From: an uncultured Actinomycetota bacterium | GTDB lineage: Bacteria; Actinomycetota; Actinomycetes; JAFAQI01 | DNA: 64,000 nucleotides | Assembly (NCBI GenBank): GCA_963770565.1 | Contig: CAVYQE010000010.1 | Coordinates: forward strand, 64,001-128,000 | Direction of reading: 5' to 3' | Program-made: the position numbers and the translations under genes | The notes under the pieces: generated by a model | What the model was told of the DNA's origin: nothing | The model's database searches: none | Seen by the model: only the letters and a program-made list of their open reading frames with translations | Shown: piece by piece, positions 55,393 to 64,000 of the stretch | Position numbering within the stretch: the first letter of the stretch is position 1 | Layout of the letters: each line of letters begins with the position of its first letter

Positions 55393-55589
55393 AAAAGTCA
55401 GTGCCAAACGTCCGGTTTGGGCCGCTTCGGCGACCCCAAAACGGGCAAAAATTGGCGATGACAGACGAACAGCTAGTTTGTAAGTCTGAGCAACGTCAGG
55501 TGAATACGGTTCACCAGAACCGTACTTTTCAATGTGTCGATGAACCGACGCCGTCCTCTTCGGAGCCGGCGACGGATTATCTGTAGACA

Positions 55590-57114
<1,525 letters not shown>

Positions 57115-57504
57115 AGCTCTTGGCGTAGGCGATCACAGTCGGCCACTCGGCCGGCTCGACCTGCGTCCAGCTCACGGGTGGAACACTGACTATTCGATCG
57201 TCGCGTCGCGACGTCCCTAGTACTGCCTGCTTGCAGGTAAGGGACGGGTCGTCAAGCGCGGAAATCGGGCACGCTGTTGGGTCCTGAGGGGACGGACCTG
57301 CGGATCTCGCAGGATCGCCCGCTCAGCCCGCAGGCAAACGCCGGCCGGCGCTGACCGGACGGCGTTTCCGCACGGGAGGACCGATCACACGTCGTACTAC
57401 CCCGCACCGGGCAACCGGGACGGCGGCCGGCGACGAGTTCGTGACCGGGACCGCCCGCACCTTGAGAACTGCACAGTGGACGCGAGCATCTTTTTTGTTT
57501 TGTA

Positions 57505-60328
<2,824 letters not shown>

Positions 60329-61054
60329 GGACATAACGCGCTGTCTATAAATTCGGCTAAATGCTGGAAACACCGAGTATCTCGGACTACTCGTTCTTGT
60401 CGGAGCCCCTGTCTAGGGTTCCGCTATGAGCAGTGACAATGTCTCGAGTGCGGTCAATCAGCAGGAAAGGCTGGATCCGTACATCGCAGGGTTCGTTGAT
60501 GGAGAAGGTTCGTTTCACGTTGCTGTCCAACGACATCCGACTACTCGGTTGGGTTGGCAGCTCGTGCCGGAGTTTCACGTCAGTCAGGACGTGTCACGGG
60601 CTGAGGTCCTGTACCTCATCCGGGATCGTCTCGGCTGCGGACGGATCCGGGAGAACCATCGCGGTACACGGGACACCACACTGGTGTACGTCGTGCGCCG
60701 GCGGCATGACCTGGTGACTCGGGTCATCCCGTTCTTCGAAACGGAGCCATTGATCAGCGGTAAGCAGCAGGAGTTTGTCACCTTCGCACGCATCGTTCGC
60801 GCGATGCAGGCGGGGGAGCATCTCGACGCTGCTGGGTTCGCTCGACTTCGGGCATCGGCGCTCGCCATGAATGGCGGGGGGCGATACCGACGAGTGCACC
60901 GTCCAGAATCCTCAGAGACTCCACGCCGAACACCGATTGCAGCTCTGATCGGTGAAGATATAGTCCGACCTGCATGGCGACATGCAGAGCCAGGCAGAAA
61001 TGACCTGGCCCCAACGCTGAGCAATGATGATTTGGCGTTGTGGTAACACATGTG
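60329..61054 (+). mobile_element. Group I self-splicing intron in 23S rRNA at position L2604 (E. coli numbering), 726 nt
   Basis: Interrupts GAGACAGT^TCGGTCCCTATC. P1: exon AGACAGU pairs with GCUGUCU (60340-60346), with a U-G pair at the splice site. P3 ttcggc/gccgaa; P aaatgctggaaa; Q aatcagcagg; R tcagagactcca; S aagatatagtcc; P8 and P9 hairpins; terminal G at 61054. Confidence 0.95.
60426..61046 (+). CDS. Single-motif LAGLIDADG homing endonuclease (intron-encoded)
   Basis: YIAGFVDGEGSF, GWQLVPEFHVSQ, LGCGRI and VIPFF...PL.S.K...F..F motifs; 206 aa, uninterrupted. Confidence 0.93.
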   Translation: MSSDNVSSAVNQQERLDPYIAGFVDGEGSFHVAVQRHPTTRLGWQLVPEFHVSQDVSRAEVLYLIRDRLGCGRIRENHRGTRDTTLVYVVRRRHDLVTRVIPFFETEPLISGKQQEFVTFARIVRAMQAGEHLDAAGFARLRASALAMNGGGRYRRVHRPESSETPRRTPIAALIGEDIVRPAWRHAEPGRNDLAPTLSNDDLALW

Positions 61055-61349
<295 letters not shown>

Positions 61350-61437
61350 ACAACAATCTTTGCTTCGCGTCCACTGTGCGGTTCCCGAGATGCGGTCGGC
61401 TCCTCGTTTGCGGGAGCAGGACCCACATCTCCATAGA

Positions 61438-61558
61438 GTTTCGGCGGCACAATGGCGAAGGGGAAACGCCCGGTCCCATTCCGAACCCGGAAGCTAAGCC
61501 CTTCAGCGCCGATGGTACTGCCCTGGTGACGGGGTGGGAGAGTAGGACGCCGCCGGAC
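61438..61558 (+). rRNA. rrf: 5S rRNA
   Basis: cccggtcccattccgaacccggaagctaagcc...gccgatggtactg...gggagagtaggacgccgccgg. Confidence 0.97.
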
Positions 61559-61565
61559 ATCTTTC

Positions 61566-61599
61566 ACGAAAGGCCACCCAGCAATGGGTGGCCTTTCGT
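61566..61599 (+). terminator. rrn operon terminator hairpin
   Basis: acgaaaggccaccca-gcaa-tgggtggcctttcgt: perfect 15-bp stem with a GNRA loop. Confidence 0.85.
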
Positions 61600-61670
61600 C
61601 GTTGGAGACCATGTGACCCGACCCCGCCTGGTGACTGAGCGTCACCGGGCCGCGAAGACGAGGACGTGCC

Positions 61671-62513
61671 GTGCCTGAGCCGCGTGAACGCCGCTCCGAC
61701 GACCCGCGTCCTGCCGTACGTCGGTCCGGGCCGCCACCGCGCTCGGGCCGTCCCGGCCGCACCGGCGGTAACGGCCAGCCTCAGGGGGTGTCACCGCGAC
61801 CACGCGCCGCCGGGTCCGGAGCGTCGCCAGATCGGCCACGCCGGGTCCGTCCCGAGGAGCCACCGCTGCCGGCCGGGATCGACCCGCGCGAGCTCGACCG
61901 TGACGCGCGTGCCGGCCTGCGAAGCCTCCCGAAGGACCTCGCTGAGCGGATCGCGTTGCACCTGGTCGCCGCCGGCCATGTCATCGACGACGACCCGGCT
62001 ACGGCGACGGCCCACACCAGGTACGCCCGCGGCCTGGCCCCTCGGCTCGCGGTCGTGCGGGAGGCGGCCGGGGTCGCGGCGTACCGCAACGGCGAGTTCG
62101 CCGAGGCGCTCGCGGAGCTTCGAGCCGTACGCCGGATGACCGGTGACCCCACCTACCTGCCGATCATGGCTGACTGCGAGCGAGGGCTCGGGCGTCCGGA
62201 TCGCGCCCTTGCGCTCGCCGCCGACCCCGACGTCGAGCGGCTGGCGCCGGCTGAGCGGGTCGAAATGGCCATCGTCGCGTCCGGGGCGCGCCGCGACCGC
62301 GGTGAAGCGAAGGCCGCGGTGGTGGCCCTGCAGGGCCCGGAGCTCGAGCGCGGTGATGTGGCGCCCTGGACGGCCCGGCTCTGGTACGCCTACGCGGTCG
62401 CCCTACTGGACGCCGGACGCACGGCCGAGGCCGCGCAGTGGTTTGCCTCGGTCATGGCGATCGACGAGCACGACGAGACCGACGCCGAAGAGCGGCTCGC
62501 CGCGCTGGAGTAG
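61671..62513 (+). CDS. TPR-like conserved actinobacterial protein
   Basis: Arg/Pro-rich N-terminus; EL....R..LRSL.K..A..A.HLVAAG, VREAAG..AY and MADCERGLGRP motifs. This gene is typically found downstream of rrn. Confidence 0.75.
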   Translation: MPEPRERRSDDPRPAVRRSGPPPRSGRPGRTGGNGQPQGVSPRPRAAGSGASPDRPRRVRPEEPPLPAGIDPRELDRDARAGLRSLPKDLAERIALHLVAAGHVIDDDPATATAHTRYARGLAPRLAVVREAAGVAAYRNGEFAEALAELRAVRRMTGDPTYLPIMADCERGLGRPDRALALAADPDVERLAPAERVEMAIVASGARRDRGEAKAAVVALQGPELERGDVAPWTARLWYAYAVALLDAGRTAEAAQWFASVMAIDEHDETDAEERLAALE

Positions 62514-62526
62514 TCCCGGGTCGCGC

Positions 62527-63504
62527 TCAGATCGATGGACCGGCAGCCGGTGGATCGCCTTCAGCCTGTTGGGCCTCGAGCTGGTCCAACCATCGGTTGA
62601 TCCCGTTGATGTTCGCCGCGGTCGAGCTGAGGAACTCGAACTTCTCGTCGAGCTCAGGGGCGCGCTCCAGCCCCCAGTAACGCTGGGCGGTCCGCTCCCG
62701 CAGCATGGTCACCGCGTGATCAAGATCGAGCGCGTCCACCCGGGTTTCGCGCACCATGTCGACCCAGCTGCGCAGTTCCTCGGCCGCCTCCTCGAGCGCG
62801 GACCCGACCTGGTTCACCGGCCCGAAGTGGCTGAACAACAGCCGCTGCGGCGCAATGTCGGCGAAGTGCCGGAGCGAGTGCAGGGCAAGATCGAGGTCGA
62901 AGTCCGGTGGCGGCGTGGAGGGCCGGATCGCGCCGGTCTCGGGGATGAAGATCCCGGCGGCGTCTCCGACGTACAGGTCCCCGCTGACCGAGTCGAGCAG
63001 TCCGACGTGATGCTGGGCGTGACCCGGCGAGTAGTACGTTGTCAGCTTTCGCCCGCCGCCGAGGTCGATCTCCCCGACCTCGTCCACCGCCCGGATCCGG
63101 TCCGCTTCGGTCGCGGTCAGTGCCCCGAACACGGTGTCCATCAGGTCGCCGAAGACCCGCCTCGCGCTGGCCATCAACTTGCTGGGGTCAGCCAGGTGTC
63201 TGGCGCCGCGCTGATGAACGACGATCTGGGCCGACGGGTACGCCGCGGCGAGGTCGCCGACCCCGCCGGCGTGGTCGAGGTGGATGTGGGTCACCGCGAT
63301 CGTCGCAAGATCGTTCGCACCGATCCCGAGTGAGTCCAGCGCGCGTTGCACCTGCGGTGCCGACCGGGCCGTACCGGTCTCGACCAGGCACGGGCGCTCG
63401 CCGGCGATGAGATAACCCGCGGTGATGCCCTGGTAGCCCGACATCAGCGTGTCGATGGCATGTACGTCGTGGCCGAGCTCGGTGGTGACGACCTCGCTGT
63501 CCAC
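62527..63504 (-). CDS. MBL-fold metallo-hydrolase
   Basis: THIHLDHAGG, SPGHAQHH and YVGDAAG motifs; GGAGG SD before GTG at 63504. Confidence 0.88.
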   Translation of the reverse strand: MDSEVVTTELGHDVHAIDTLMSGYQGITAGYLIAGERPCLVETGTARSAPQVQRALDSLGIGANDLATIAVTHIHLDHAGGVGDLAAAYPSAQIVVHQRGARHLADPSKLMASARRVFGDLMDTVFGALTATEADRIRAVDEVGEIDLGGGRKLTTYYSPGHAQHHVGLLDSVSGDLYVGDAAGIFIPETGAIRPSTPPPDFDLDLALHSLRHFADIAPQRLLFSHFGPVNQVGSALEEAAEELRSWVDMVRETRVDALDLDHAVTMLRERTAQRYWGLERAPELDEKFEFLSSTAANINGINRWLDQLEAQQAEGDPPAAGPSI

Positions 63505-63625
63505 AGCCGCTCCCTCCGCCCGCTCCGTCCACAACCTCGCGCGCTCGCGCCTGCGTGGCGCGTCAATCGCCGATCCTAGGCAGGCGCCACAACGACGCAC
63601 GGCGGAGACGGGGGAGGTGGGATGC

Positions 63626-64000
63626 ATGGCGGCACGAACCGGTCAGCGACCGAAGCTGGCGACCCCAACGGCGGAGACGCCGCGATCGGTGAGCGTGGCC
63701 GAGGGGCATCGCAACGAAGTGACGGTGTGCGGTCGGCTCGCGGCCGCAGCGTTGCCGAAGGTGCTGCCGAGCGGCGACGAGATCGTGATCTGGCGGCTGG
63801 TGGTCGATCGCGCGGATCAGGCCGGTGCGCGCCGGGTGGATCTGGTCGACTGCACCACGTTCGGCGCCCGGGTGCGGCGGCAGGCGCTCGGCTGGCAGGA
63901 GGGTGACCTGATCGAAGTGTCGGGCGCGCTACGCCGCCGCTTCTGGCGGGGCGCCGGCGGCCTGCAGAGCCGATGCGAGGTCGAGGTTGCCACCGCGAGC
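63626..64000 (+). CDS. Single-stranded DNA-binding protein paralog (partial, runs off the window)
   Basis: GGAGG SD, ATG at 63626. Manual translation gives HRNEVTVCGRL...LPSGDEIVIWRLVVDR...VDLVDC...GDLIEVSGALRRRFW...SRCEVEV (OB fold). Absent from the ORF track because it has no stop in the window. Confidence 0.8.
   Translation, partial: MAARTGQRPKLATPTAETPRSVSVAEGHRNEVTVCGRLAAAALPKVLPSGDEIVIWRLVVDRADQAGARRVDLVDCTTFGARVRRQALGWQEGDLIEVSGALRRRFWRGAGGLQSRCEVEVATAS

Noticed and set aside
60329-61054. Insert read as an IS element, an RNase III-type IVS or an archaeal BHB intron
   Set aside because: No terminal inverted repeats or target duplication, and no long terminal stem. The group I P1/P3/P4/P7 elements and terminal G explain it fully.

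Overview
A very GC-rich actinobacterial core-genome segment. Nearly all genes are on the + strand, in the familiar order: aroC-aroK-aroB-aroQ-pepQ-efp-nusB, pyrR-pyrB-pyrC-carA-carB-pyrK-pyrD-pyrF, mIHF-gmk-rpoZ-coaBC-metK-priA, def-fmt-rsmB-rpe, FMN riboswitch-ribD-ribE-ribBA-ribH-hisG, infC-rpmI-rplT-trmH-HK-pheS-pheT, argC-J-B-D-R-G-H, mpg-tyrS, then a complete 16S-23S-5S rRNA operon and three downstream genes. The standout feature is a 726-nt self-splicing group I intron (60329-61054) in the peptidyl-transferase region of the 23S gene, between U2604 and U2605 (E. coli numbering by manual motif alignment). It has a P1 helix with a U-G splice-site wobble, the P/Q/R/S core, P9 hairpins and a terminal G. 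It carries a single-motif LAGLIDADG homing endonuclease whose reading frame runs through the ribozyme core. Secondary observations: a diverged triple repeat between metK and priA; apparent non-canonical starts for infC (ATC) and trmH (CTG or ATC); an atypical HisG with no hisE; micro-ORFs bridging gene junctions; and several accessory insertions (GT-C-like membrane protein, GNAT, GcvT-family oxidase plus truncated globin, REC-GGDEF, DMT). All calls come from motif recognition by eye; no database searches were run.
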